Positions 1 through 11,926 are shown, numbered from the stretch's first letter. The stretch: 64,000 nt of DNA from Geosiphon pyriformis uo1 (GCA_016748015.1 JAAOMT010000690.1:1-64000); one strand, 5' to 3'. Notes: generated by a model from the letters alone, not told the origin. Numbers and translations: made by a program.

Positions 1-779
1 TAGTTCTTGGATCTTTGGAGTTGAATAGCTATCACTTTTTGTTACTCTATTCAGTTTCTGGTAGTCTACACAAAAACGAATTTTTTCATTTTTTTTATGG
101 ATTAGTACTACTGATGACAACCATGGACTTATTAATGGCTGAATTAGCCTGTTGTTAAGCATCCAGTTGATTTCTTGACAAATGATCTTATGGCTAGCTG
201 GTGGTACTCTGTATGCTTTTTGTTTAATTGGCATTGCATCTCCAGTCTTGATCTAATGTTGGATGATATTGGTTTGGCCAAATTCATTTTTGCTAGCAAA
301 AATGTTATTGAAATTGTTGAGTAATATCTTGAGTTGCATCTATTGAAATAGATCTAGATTCCCTATGTTCATCTGTTTCAATTGTTCTGGTTTGAGCAGA
401 TAACATTCATTTTGTCTGTAGATAGTTTGTGATGTAATGTTCACATATCTGCAAAGCTGTAGAAAATCTGGAATGTGATTTGGTGGTTAATCCTCAACTT
501 CAGTGGTCAAATATCCAATAATAGTTCTCTTTGGTATTTCAATGACACTTCCAATTGTGTTGTAGATGAAAATTTTGATGTTTTTGGGGCTTTTGGCTGA
601 TATGTAGAGATTAGTAAGTCCAATCTTTCCTGATTTGCAAATGGTGGCTTCTGCTTCAAACAACTAAGTCTGATTCTTTACTTTTCTTTTTATAGATAAC
701 ATATACTGGTCATATGGTGAAATGAAAATTAATTGACAGGCTGAGATAATTTCTCTTTTGTCAATAACCTCTTCTTGTG

Positions 780-1215
780 TCATATTAACTGGTATGTCTA
801 TTCTACCCATTGATCTGAATCCCTGTATCTCTCTAGTAGTAATCCTTAATTCTTTCCTGTTTCCCACTAACACTAATTGAGCTATTTTTACCAGAGGTAG
901 GAATATTGCTTGTGATATCTTTTCATTTGGCTCTATGATATAGGCCTTTTCAGAGTCATTTTGTAGCATAGCAATAATATTTCCTATATACCTTGCGTCA
1001 ATTATTCCTCCTCTGATGTTGATTCCTTTTTTTGCTAGGCTACTTCTAGATGCTAATTGAACCATAGTTGTTGCTAAAATTTCCAGAGCTATTTTGAGAT
1101 CAATACATGTGCGCAAATTTGGTTCCAATTTGATGGCTTCTTTTTCCAGATATCTTAGATCAAACCCTACATCAGTATTATGTGCGTGTTTTGGCATGAT
1201 ATCTTCATTATTGTC
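780..1215 (-). pseudogene. Trimeric-type dUTPase domain inside pol of element A
   Basis: All five dUTPase motifs recognisable: DVGFDL, SRSS, GGIIDARYIGNI, KISQ, REIQGFRSMG. Confidence 0.9.
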
Positions 1216-2399
1216 ACTATACTATTTGAGTTCTTGCTCCTTAGATAAATCAGGAAGCGCAATATATATTTTGGGGTTTGAATTGGAGTCTGAATCACTG
1301 ATATTTTTGTTGCCATTTTGAGTGAAACTGAAACCATTATTTTCATCATCTTCATTATCAAAGTTTGAATTGGGATTGAAAATTGATTCTGATTCTGTTG
1401 CACAGTTGCTGATTGGTTTTTTTTCCTCTGGGATCATGTAAATCATGCATGGTGGTGGATTGTAAATAAAGTCACACTCATTACAATATTGAAAATCACA
1501 TGGAATCAAACAGTGGTCACATAGTTGAGTGTTGATTTCTTCCAAGTGTTGCTTCTGTTCTTTTCTTGTAAGTGCTAACTCTTGATAATGTTTGTGGAAT
1601 TGTTCTGGATCTAAGAGATTTATGACTGGTTCTGGGTCCCAGTCAAGTTCTATAGATTCAGATGGGTTATTTTTAATTGTTTTTATCTTTTTTGGTGTTG
1701 CTCCTTTGATTTTGGCAAGTGTCATTTGCCAGATTTTGTTATCATCATGTGGACATCTGTTCAGATGTTTAATGGCTCATTTCCAGGCAGTGTCTATGGA
1801 TGTTCTTTTTCTCATCCAGTTACTTATAAGAATCGTGTATTGACACAATTCATCGCATGTTCCTCTTTGTCCAGGAATGTTGTTCTACATTCCTTTATCC
1901 AGAAGAGTTTCTCTACAAGCCAAGCATAATTTATTGTTCCATTTCCCAATCCGTTTTGGTCTTTCAAAGCATTCAATAATGCATGGGTAGCAGTAGAATT
2001 TTGTTGCCAAAGTGTACTCCTTATCATTACCACAACAAGTGCCCATTGATGACAATTTCTTGCTGCAATTGATGCATACAAGTTTTGGGCGGCAATAAGT
2101 GGATTGGTGTGGTGTAGTGTAGGAATTATAAGTGGGGTTGCTGTTAGTTGTTGGTTTTTTTTTTCCCTTTTTTTTTTTTTTTTTGTCTTCTTTCCATTTC
2201 CAATTTATTTGTTCTTTCTGGTCATTGTCAGTTTCCCAGGCTTAATTGGCTTTCCAGGTAAGTTCTTTGCTCTGCTTTTCTTTGCTGTTGTTGTCTCACG
2301 AAGGTACTGACAGCAGCTTGTTGTGTTTAGTGTCAGCCCAAAAAACTTGGTAGACTTCTCAGATAAGTTTCTTTTCCTCTTTCTTAAATTTGATAAGTG

Positions 2400-2829
2400 G
2401 AATTGTCAAGTTGGTGGTCTTGAAATAATCACATGTGGCTGGTATGTATGTGTGTCGGCTGTTCTGGCTAATTTGAAGCTCCTGCATATTTTAATCAAGC
2501 AACACATTGGTTTTGGATAGCCAATTATTCCCAACAAGTGCTTGGTATTGGGTGGCTTCTATGACCAATACTTTGATTAGGACCATAATACCATTGACTT
2601 TGATGAGAAAGTCGTCAATTTCACCAATATGAGTTTTTGTTATTCCATTAGCAGTTATGATCCTGGTGCTGGTAGCATGATCTAATTGGTCCATGAGTTG
2701 TTTTATAATGATGTTGCCAGCTAATTCACTGTCCAGGATCAGTTTGATGGAATGGCTATCAACTTTGGCATCAGTATACATGGCCATAATAGATTTTTCT
2801 TCCAAAGCAGCTTTACTAAATAATGGCAT
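2400..2829 (-). pseudogene. Retroviral-type aspartic protease of element A
   Basis: IKLILDSELAGNII (eroded DSG motif), IITANG flap, ALVGNNWL (GxDW-like). Confidence 0.85.
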
Positions 2830-2949
2830 GATTGACAGTTCTTCAAGTTTAAACAGAAAGATAGTGTTCAGTAATTTGTTCTTGGTAATAGTAGCTGGCG
2901 GAATATTGCTTGTAAGTATTGGTTATTGGTTGGTTTCTGAATTATTGGA

Positions 2950-5094
2950 TTAAGTGTTTTCTGTGGTAACCAGGAGACTTAAATAGTTCTGAAAATTCGG
3001 GTTTTGGGCATATCCAGTGCCTGAATTCTGTTGTCAAGATCCTGCTGCTTGTGTAGAAGAACTGGGGATCAGTTGGTGAACTATTATCAATGATCTCCAG
3101 CTTTGTTGGGTTAATCTTGGCCTTTGGATTCCATCTTAAGGTAAGTTCTGTGGTAGTGTTTGAATTTGTTGGGGCTGATAGATTACTTAAGGCTACGGCT
3201 AATAAATAGGTTGTGACTGTGGCTGATAAATTGTCAATGTCATTGGTTGATAAATTAGTACTTAATATATTGGTGGATAATAAAGTGGCTGCTGTGTCAT
3301 AGATATGTAATTCTGATGATATGGCTCTGAGTTTGGTAGGTTATTCAGAATTTGAAACCAGTGATCAGGGTTTCGATATTGATTTCCCAATCATTGATTA
3401 TTTAAGCGATGGCAGCAATTGATTTGTAGGTGTCCTTGTTTACCACAATAGTGGCAAACACACATTTCTTGTTGCCACTGTTGATTGGTTGATGATAATG
3501 TACACAACTGATTCTGGAAATGATTCGCATTTGCAGAATTATTGCATTGTTGTAGTGGTTGATAAATTGCATAATTGTCAGCTAAGTATCCCTCTAATTT
3601 CTGATTGATAGAATTACTAAATTGTTTCAATTTGGAATCTAATTCAGATGATCTATTTATTACTAGGTTAACAGCTTGGGCATGGTTAGCTTCAAGTTCA
3701 GCAGCTTCAAAATCTTGGGCATTTGTGATGACTGCTTGTAGATTGATAGAATGTAATAGACATACACATTGCAGGATGCTACTGCATAATCTGCAAATAA
3801 ACTGATTTAAGATCTGGGCCACTGTAAAATAATTGGCATCAATGACTTGGATCTGGTGCAGATTTTTGTGGAAGCATCCTAAGTAAGTAGTGACTGCTTC
3901 ATTTTCTCTTTGTTTGATAATAGTAAATGTGTTTGCTAGTCTATTAATGCTGTTATTGTTGCTGAAGTATCTTAAGAACTCAATTTTAAATGCATTGAAA
4001 TCTTGGGATTTGTTGACCAGGCTTTAGTATTATGAATTGACAGTATTTTGGAGAAAATATGGGATGGCTTGTATGGCTCTGGCATTATTTCATCTATTAA
4101 TTGCAATGGCTTTCTCCACATTATTTAATCATACTTGGGCATTGTCTTCTTTGCCGGTGAATTTTTTGAGTTTGGCTATTGGTGCATATGCCATTGGATC
4201 TAAGTTGGATTGTGGTTGCTGCTAAATTTGTTGTTGAGATAGTGGTTGTGGCTGTTGTTGCTGTTGGGTGTTTGGTGGAGCTGATAGTGGATTGATCACG
4301 ATTACTGGAGGTAAGTGCTAATTAATTATGTCAGGTTTTTGATTATTCTGATTTTTCAGAGTTTGATTAACCAGAGTTTTAATTTCTGAATGTTTTAGGA
4401 TCAGGTTTTGCTTATTAACTTTCTGATCACTACTCTCTTCTTCCTTGGAGTTGGTTATTTCTGAAGAACTAATGGCTCTGAAATCTGGTTGTGGTGGTGG
4501 TGATCAAATTCCTGATGGTATTGGAGATCGTGATTTAAATTCATCAAAATAATTACCATATGTTTCTAATAACTCTGTCTTTTTTTGTTTACTTTGGAAT
4601 AGAATTCTGTTTAGTGGCATTGTTGTACTTGTTGTAACTGTGTTTATTATATTAATAGTGCTTCCAGGTGTGTGGTAATATGATGAATTAGCAGGTGAAT
4701 CAAACCTTTGTTTCTTCCAAGTGAGTAGTTGGATTTGCTTTGGTGTTTCTGCTGGTGTTTGTAGCCTTCCTTTGCCTTTGTTTACAAAAGTGATAGGAAA
4801 TCTCTATTTGGTGTATTTTTCAATTTCCCTGTTTATTTCTGTAATTAGAGGTGCAAATAAGTAATTTTGTGAAAGAGTGGTGCTTTGGAGTAATTCACTG
4901 AAAAAGTTGTTAAAAATGAATTCTGGATCTCCTTGGCCTTCCAAGTGATATACTATTCTTTCATTGATATAACAATTGAAAGCTGATTTGGTTGGCCAAC
5001 TATTATTTGTTAATCCAAGATAAGTGTAATAGTGTTGGAATAAAGATTTTGCAAATTCTAAATGATTTGTTTCTATTTCTTCGGATTCTGCCAC
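2950..5094 (-). pseudogene. Gag of element A: long N-terminal region, capsid-like domain (~3750-4190), CCHC zinc knuckle (3415-3456), Q/P-rich tail
   Basis: MAYAPIAKLKNFTGKEDNAQ..., AQILNQFICRL..., CHYCGKQGHLQINC; interrupted by stops. Confidence 0.85.
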
Positions 5095-5138
5095 TGTTTG
5101 GATGATTATGGTTGGTACTGTTTGCTGTAGGATTATAT

Positions 5139-5154
5139 CTCACAGGGAGCACCA
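5139..5154 (-). promoter_or_regulatory. Primer-binding site TGGTGCTCCCTGTGAG
   Basis: Starts with TGG (complement of tRNA CCA) 2 nt inside the LTR end; complement CTCACAGGGAGCACCA looks like a tRNA 3' end. Confidence 0.85.
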
Positions 5155-5156
5155 AA

Positions 5157-6021
5157 TGTTACAAATAATTATTTGGGATCTCAAATCAAATAACAAATCC
5201 ATAACTTGGTGCTCAATATTTTGACAATGCTGGTGATACTGGTATGTTGGTTGTATCTGAAGGTTTTAGAGCTGAGTCTTTTGTATAATAGACAGAGATT
5301 CAATGACAATGTAGTTGATTAGTGAGTTGTGTTCCCAATTTCTGTCTTCAGCTTGGTGGCTGGTTTATTCTGGCAGTTGTGTTCTTCTGGTAAGCTATCC
5401 ATTAATATATATATAATTTTACCCTTATTTCTGGGTCTTTTATCAGACTATCCATGACATCAATTACTCAGTGCTTTAATCCTTAATCAGTTAGTATATG
5501 ACAGTAAAAATCAAAGAAGGAAAAAGTAAAAAAAAATAAAGAAATGAGCCAAAGCAATCTACATATTAGTATCTCATTAATAGCTATAATCAAGAGCTAT
5601 TGTTCTAGCATAGTTAGGTATCAATTACTATCAACATAAAGTATTGATAGTGGAGAGTGTATTTAGATAGTGAATAATTTATTTATTTAATATTTGTGGA
5701 TGGAAGATTTCTAACTAAAGGATTCTTATCTTTCTACTTCTAATGCTACCACTATATATACATAATTGATGTTCTACAAGATCACTCATATTCTCAAGTG
5801 ATGTGTTATGATTTCTTGAACAATGCTTATATTGCTGAGTGATGTGCTCTAATTTTCTAACATCACTCCACATTGCTAAGCAATGTGCTGTGTTTTCTGA
5901 CATTGCTCTACATTGCTGAGCAATGTGTTGTGATTTCTATCATTGCTCTATATTGCTAAGCAATATGCTCACATGTTACATACTATTCTCCTTATATCTG
6001 TTTTTCTTTTTATGAATAATA
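5157..6021 (-). repeat. 5' LTR of element A (~865 bp)
   Basis: Ends ...TGTAACA two nt before the PBS; homologous to LTR copies at 11388-11926, 11927-12818 and 16425-17239; TATA-like ATGTATATATAG near 5750-5763. Confidence 0.88.
5786..5970. repeat. About five tandem 40-41 bp units in LTR U3, each with a palindromic core
   Basis: Cores at 5829, 5870, 5910, 5950; CACATTGCT-A-AGCAATGTG (5869-5887) is a perfect inverted repeat; related array at ~11478-11640. Confidence 0.85.
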
Positions 6022-9000
6022 CTGAAAAGCCTACCAAGTCTTATGGGCTAACACCAATCACAATGAACTCTCACCAGTACTATTATGAAATGATAAAAAT
6101 AAAAAAAAAGAAGAAGACAAATTGCAAAAAACCACACACATGGAAAAAATTATTAGTGATTGGGAAAAATTCTACTCAAATAACACCAAAAAAGAACCAC
6201 TATATATCTCACTCAGGTGCAAAGATTGCAAGAAAAAACTGTCCTCTATAAGAGCCTGAATTGCATCTGATAAAGATTACTGGACTAGAACCCATTATTA
6301 CTATAAGTTGTGCCATAAAAAATGCTATGGCTACCCAAAAAGACAAAACAAGTAGGACAACAAATCATGTCTCACTTATAGGAAACAGTTACTTAATGAA
6401 GGAATATGGAATGATGTTCATGATTGAAAAGAAATGTATAATGTCTTGTGCCAATACACAATCCATATAAACAATTGGGTCAGCAGAAAAATATCTTTTA
6501 ATGTTATATAGAACCATGTTCTGTCATGTTTAGATAGTTATATACATAATGAAAACAAGATCTGGAAAATGGCAAATGTCAAAGTCAAAGATAGTTTACT
6601 CAGCAAAATATTAGAGATAAAGAATAACTTACTAGAACTAGTAAAGACTTTTTTTATCTCCAATTCTAATGCATTTATTAATATTAAAACAAATCCAGAA
6701 GAATTCCACAAACATTACCAAAATTTAGCACCAACCAGACAAGAACAAAAACAATATTTGGAACAACTAAACACCTAACTATATGACCATTGTTTAATAC
6801 CATGTGACTTTTAGTATTGTAATAATTGTGACCTCATTTACAATCCATTACCACATATAATTTACACAATTTCAGAAAAAGAATCAATTAGCAGCTGCAA
6901 AATAGAATTGATATTGCTACTCAATTGTGATTCAAACTCTGACAATAATGATAATAATAACAGTTCCAGCTCTGTTCAATATGGCAATCACAACAGTAAA
7001 AATTCAAACTTCAATTCAAATTCAGAACAATATATTATGCTTACTGATCTTTTAAAAGAGCAAGAACTCAAATGGTTCAGCAATAATGATGAAGATATTA
7101 TCCCAGAACATGTACATAATACTGATACAGAATTTAATCTTAGATATTCTGAAAAAAATATCATCAAATTGAAACCACATTTATGCATCTGTATTGATCT
7201 GAAAGTAATACTGAAAATTTTAATGACCACAATAGTTCAATTAACATCTAGAAATAGTTTAACAAAAAAAAATCAATATAAAAGAAGAAATAATTAATAC
7301 AGAATATGTAAGAAATATTATTACAATGCTACAAAATGACTCAAAAAAAACTTATATCATCGAACCAAATAAAAAGATAGTACAGACAATATTCCTACCT
7401 CTGGTTAAAATAGCTCAGCTAGTATTAGTGGGAAATAGAAAGGAATTAAGAATAATGACAAAAAGGATAAATAGATTCGAATCTATAAGTAGAATAAACA
7501 TATCAGTTTATATGGCAGAAGAAAAAATTATTGACAAGGGAGAAATTATCTCCACCTATCAATCAATTTTTATTCTATCATATGACCAGTATTTAGTAGT
7601 TATAAAAAGAAAAGTAAGAAACCAGCCCCAAATTTTTAAAGCAGAAACTACCATTTGTGAATTAGAAAAGATTGTTATCACCAATTTCTACATACTGGCT
7701 AAAAATAACAAGCACATTAAAATTTCTATCTACAACACAATTAAAGATACTATTAAAATACCAAGCAGAACTACCATTAGATATTTAAGCACTAAAGTTG
7801 AAAACCAATTACCAAATACCATTCCAGATTTTTCACAACTGTATAAATATATAAATATTATATCACAAACTATATATGAACGAAAAAAATGCTATTTGTT
7901 CCAACCAAAACAATTGGAACAAATAAACTTGGAAACTTTAGACTTACTTCAACAAATACAGCTTAAGATATTACTTAACAATTTTATTAATATTTTTGCA
8001 AGTAAAAATGAATTTGGTAAAACTGATATTATCCAACACCAAATCAAGACTAGAGATACAATGCCAATTAAACAAAAAGCATACAGAATACTACTAGCAA
8101 GTCATAAAATTATCTGACAGAAAATCAACTAGATATTAAACAATGGGTTAATTCAACTATCAATAAGTTCATGCTTATTACCAGTAGTATTAGTTCATAA
8201 AAAAAATAGAAAAATCTGCTTTTGTGTGAATTACAGAAAACTTAACAGTATTATTTGTAAAAACAGTTATCCAACTCCATAAATTTAGGAATTATTTGAT
8301 GCTTTTGGAAGAAAAAAATGGTTCTCAATATTAAATTTAAATAGTAGTTATTGACAAGTAGCCATGAAACCAGAAGATAAAAAAAAACTGCTTTTACAAC
8401 CAGAAAAAAAATTTTCAAGTTTGAGGTTATGCCATTTGGCTTAACCAATGCTCCAGCCACATTTTAACAGCTCATAGAAATTGTTTATATTAGACTACTA
8501 TGAAAATCAGTAGTTGTTTATTTAGATAACACCAATGTGTTTTCAAAAACATTTGATAATTATCTTCATTATCTATAGCAAGTGTTTAAGAGACTAAAAA
8601 GAGTCAGATTGAAACTAATACAAACAAGTATTTTTTGGCAAAACAGAACTGAAATTTTTGGAACATGTTGTTAGCAAAAACAGAATTAAGACAGATTTAA
8701 ACAAAATTAAGATCATCAAAAACTTTTCAGTATTAATGAATCTCACAGAATTAAGAGCATTCTTGGAATTTGCTAAATACTATCACTATTTTATTCAAAA
8801 CTTCTCCAAACTGGCTCAACCATTTCACTAGTTACAAGCCAAAAATGTAAAATATAAATGGACAGAAACCCAACAAAAAGCTTTTAATATTTTAAGAAGA
8901 AAGCTTATTCAAGTTCTAATACTGATCTATTCAGATCACAGCAAATCATTTATTATTACTACTAATGTATCTGGTTAAGCATTAGAAGCCATACTATCTT

Positions 9001-10732
9001 AAAAAAGACCAGATGGATGAGAACATCCAGTAGTATATGCCAGCCAAAGCTTGAGTTCAGCAAAAAAGAACTATAGAACACCAGCACTAGAACACTTAGT
9101 CATTTATTGGGCAGTTATTAAATAGAAAGAATATTTAAGCCAGAAGTTTGAAGTATATACTAATCACAAAGGATTGACATCAATTTAGAAACAAGAATTT
9201 AGAAATAACTACCATGTCAGATGGAAAAGAAAATGGAAATGTTGACAGTTTGTTACAAATAAAACAAATTTAAGAATATTTTAAACTCCAAAAATATAAC
9301 AAAAGATGAATATACAAAAATATCAACAATTCCAACACTATAATAATACCCAGCAGTTCAAAAAAAAATTATTTCAAAAGAAACAAAACAGCATAAAACA
9401 ACAATCAAAATATTTTATTATTTATTAAAATATATTATATCAGAAAAACAGAAAAAATTTAAATCAACTATTCAGAATAATCATAGAACCAGAAAAAAAA
9501 CAATATTATACAACATATAGTTAGATCCAACAGCAGGACATTTTTATAAAGAAACAATCATAAAAAGAACCAGAAAAAAATATTATTGGCCATCAATATA
9601 TCTAGATATTATCTAATATGTTCAAAATTGTGATGCTTGTCAAAGAAGAGAAAGAACAAAACTTAGTAAACCACTAAAACCAATTAAAGTGGAACAACTA
9701 TTTGATCAAATTGGAATTGACTTAGTTGGATCATTAACAATAACCAGCAGAGGCAATTGTTATATAGTAGTGACAATAAACTATCTCACAAAATGGCTAA
9801 AGGCAAAAGCAATTCAAAAAGCAGATGCAGAATCTGTAGTTAAATTCATTTATTAAGATTTGATTTGTCAACATAGATGTCCAAAAAAATTATTATTAGA
9901 TTAAAAAACTCACTTTATAAACAGAACATTAATAAAATTAAGCCAAAGATTTGAAATTAAAAACTATTATTATTATCATATTATCTACAAACAAATGGTC
10001 TAATTAAAAAATTCAACAGAATATTGTATAAAGCAATTACCAAAATCACTCAAGAAAACCAAGATAAATAGAATTTGTTTATACCATCAGTATTATTTGC
10101 TTATTAGACAATAAAGCAAGATATCATACAAACAACATTATTTGAATTTGTTTATAGTAGAACAGCAACATTATTAGTTGAGATAAAAGTTAATACATAT
10201 CTAACTGAACCAATAACAGAAGCCAACTTCCAAAAAACATTGCTAAGAAAAACATATAAATTAATAGAAATATTGGAAAACAAAAGACAAAAAGCAGCTG
10301 ATAATATTCAAAGATTACAAAAAAAACAGAAAAAATGACATGATAACCAATTAACAAATAAACTAGTTAAATTCAGAATTAGAAACAAAGTACTTTTATA
10401 TCATACCAAAGTGGAGTGAAAAATTTGACTTCAAATAGAACAGACCATTTTATATAGAAGAAATTCTAAGAAATAGAGCATACAAATTAAGATAAAATAA
10501 CAAAATTTTAGTCAAAGCAGCATATAAAAATTGATTAAAACCATATTACAATATAGTATCATTATTTATTATTAATATTCTACAACTAAAAACACAATAA
10601 ATACTAGTTCAATCAGATGAAATTCCATGAAATTTAGAACTAATTATAATTATTAATACAAATATGTCAAAGTAATTAACCAAAATAATATAAAAAAAAC
10701 ACAATATACATAACAAAAGCAACAACAAAAAA

Positions 10733-11373
10733 ATGGAAATCTCAGACCACATCTACTTAATAGCTTAATAATTATTTCAAGCTGTAAATCAATAACAATT
10801 AAATATGAAAATTGTTATCAACCACCAAACAATCTGCTATTAAAACACCAAAAAAAGAAAAAAAGCAAAAAATACATAATATTAGCAACTACTGAACTCA
10901 ACAAAACATTGGTCAGATAAAATAATAGAAAAAGTAAAAAATACTTTTAGAAAAATACTCATAATTATTCCAACAAAGAAGCTAACAAAAAAAGTTAAAA
11001 ATACTGAACAGAACAACTTCCAATACCATACTATTATTATTAGTTGCAACAAAAACTGAATATTTAAGAACTATATACTAATAAATTTAAAAGAATATTC
11101 TATCAAGAAATAATACAGCAAATTGAAGACTTTATTAGAAAAAAAACAAATTCATCACTTCATATTAAAACAATCTATTAGCTATACACCATATTTCAAA
11201 ATTATTCAGAAATATTACTACACCCAAAAATAGAAACAATAACCATTAACCAGTGAGGAAAAATGAACAACTCATAAATAAAAAACATAAGAACCAGAAT
11301 TGAACAAACAATATTAGAAAAAAAAGTAATAGAATTAATCCAAAATAAAGATTTTAATAAAGCTCAATATTAA
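10733..11373 (+). pseudogene. Extra ORF3 of element B (unknown function), degenerate
   Basis: MEISDHIYL...IY*LYTIFQNYSEILLHPKIETITINQ...DFNKAQY*; homologous by eye to 12832-13494 (-). Confidence 0.7.
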
Positions 11374-11384
11374 AAAGAAGGAGA
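11372..11384 (+). promoter_or_regulatory. Polypurine tract of element B
   Basis: AAAAAGAAGGAGA then TAA, then LTR start TATTAC. Confidence 0.85.
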
Positions 11385-11387
11385 TAA

Positions 11388-11926
11388 TATTACTTATAGA
11401 AAAGAGCACAAGAAAAATAATAAAAAAAACAGATGAAAAAAATAGACCAATAAGAAAATAGTTTTAAGCACATGAACATATTGCTGGTGAATTATGGCAT
11501 ATTGCTTAGCAATATAAGCAATATTAATGAATTATAACATATTGTTTAGCAATATAAGCAATGTCAATAAATTATGGCACATTGTTCAGCAATATAAATA
11601 ATCTAAACATTGCTTAAAAAATTATAGTATATTGCTCATGAATATGTAAGATTTTATAGAACATTAATTATGTATATATAGCAAGAATGTTAGAAGCAAA
11701 AAAAACAGAATTCATAACTAAAACACACAATTAGAATTCCTGGTTAAGAAATACAGTTAAAAACAGTTTAAAATTTACATTACATATTAATAAATTATCA
11801 ATTACCACTTGAATCCATGTTATTATCACTTGATTAAAGAATATTAAATCATTTCTATTCTATCAACACTTTATGTTGATAAAATTTAATACTTAATCAT
11901 ATTGAAACAATAGCTCTTGATCATGG
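11388..11926 (+). repeat. 3' LTR of element B, truncated by element C
   Basis: Follows the PPT; reverse-complement homologous to 5583-6021; stops exactly where the next LTR terminus (TGTTATA) begins. Confidence 0.82.

Larger units (their letters stand above)
1..6021 (-). mobile_element. Ty3/Gypsy LTR retrotransposon A (5' LTR, PBS, gag, protease, Cys-rich region, dUTPase, start of RT); runs off the left edge; degenerate
   Basis: Minus strand reads LTR(6021-5157)-PBS-gag with CCHC knuckle-LILDS protease-dUTPase-RT start (IKQKAYRVPP..SPWLSSVVLIHKKNEKIRFCVDYQKLN); many in-frame stops. Confidence 0.93.
6022..11926 (+). mobile_element. Ty3/Gypsy element B, heavily degenerate: Cys-rich region, dUTPase (~7080-7500), RT (~8030-8620), RNase H (~8930-9260), integrase (~9480-10550), ORF3, PPT, partial 3' LTR
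   Basis: Colinear with element A on the opposite strand; VMPFGLTNAPATF, YLDN (eroded YLDD, 8519-8530), HHCC-type H..KYYWP..CDACQ, IGIDLVG; order RT-RH-IN. Confidence 0.93.

Noticed and set aside
1094-4225. Plus-strand ORFs over element A, and similar antisense ORFs in B, C and the LINE
   Set aside because: Shadows of TE coding sequence on the other strand, with no motifs
5141-5203. ATG in U5 in frame with gag (MDLLFDLRSQII..)
   Set aside because: Ends at TGA within the PBS; other LTR copies read ACA or ATA here, so the ATG is probably a CpG-decay product of ACG
5786-5970. CRISPR-like array of palindromic repeats
   Set aside because: The inter-repeat parts are homologous to each other, the array lies within an LTR of a eukaryote, and there are no cas genes
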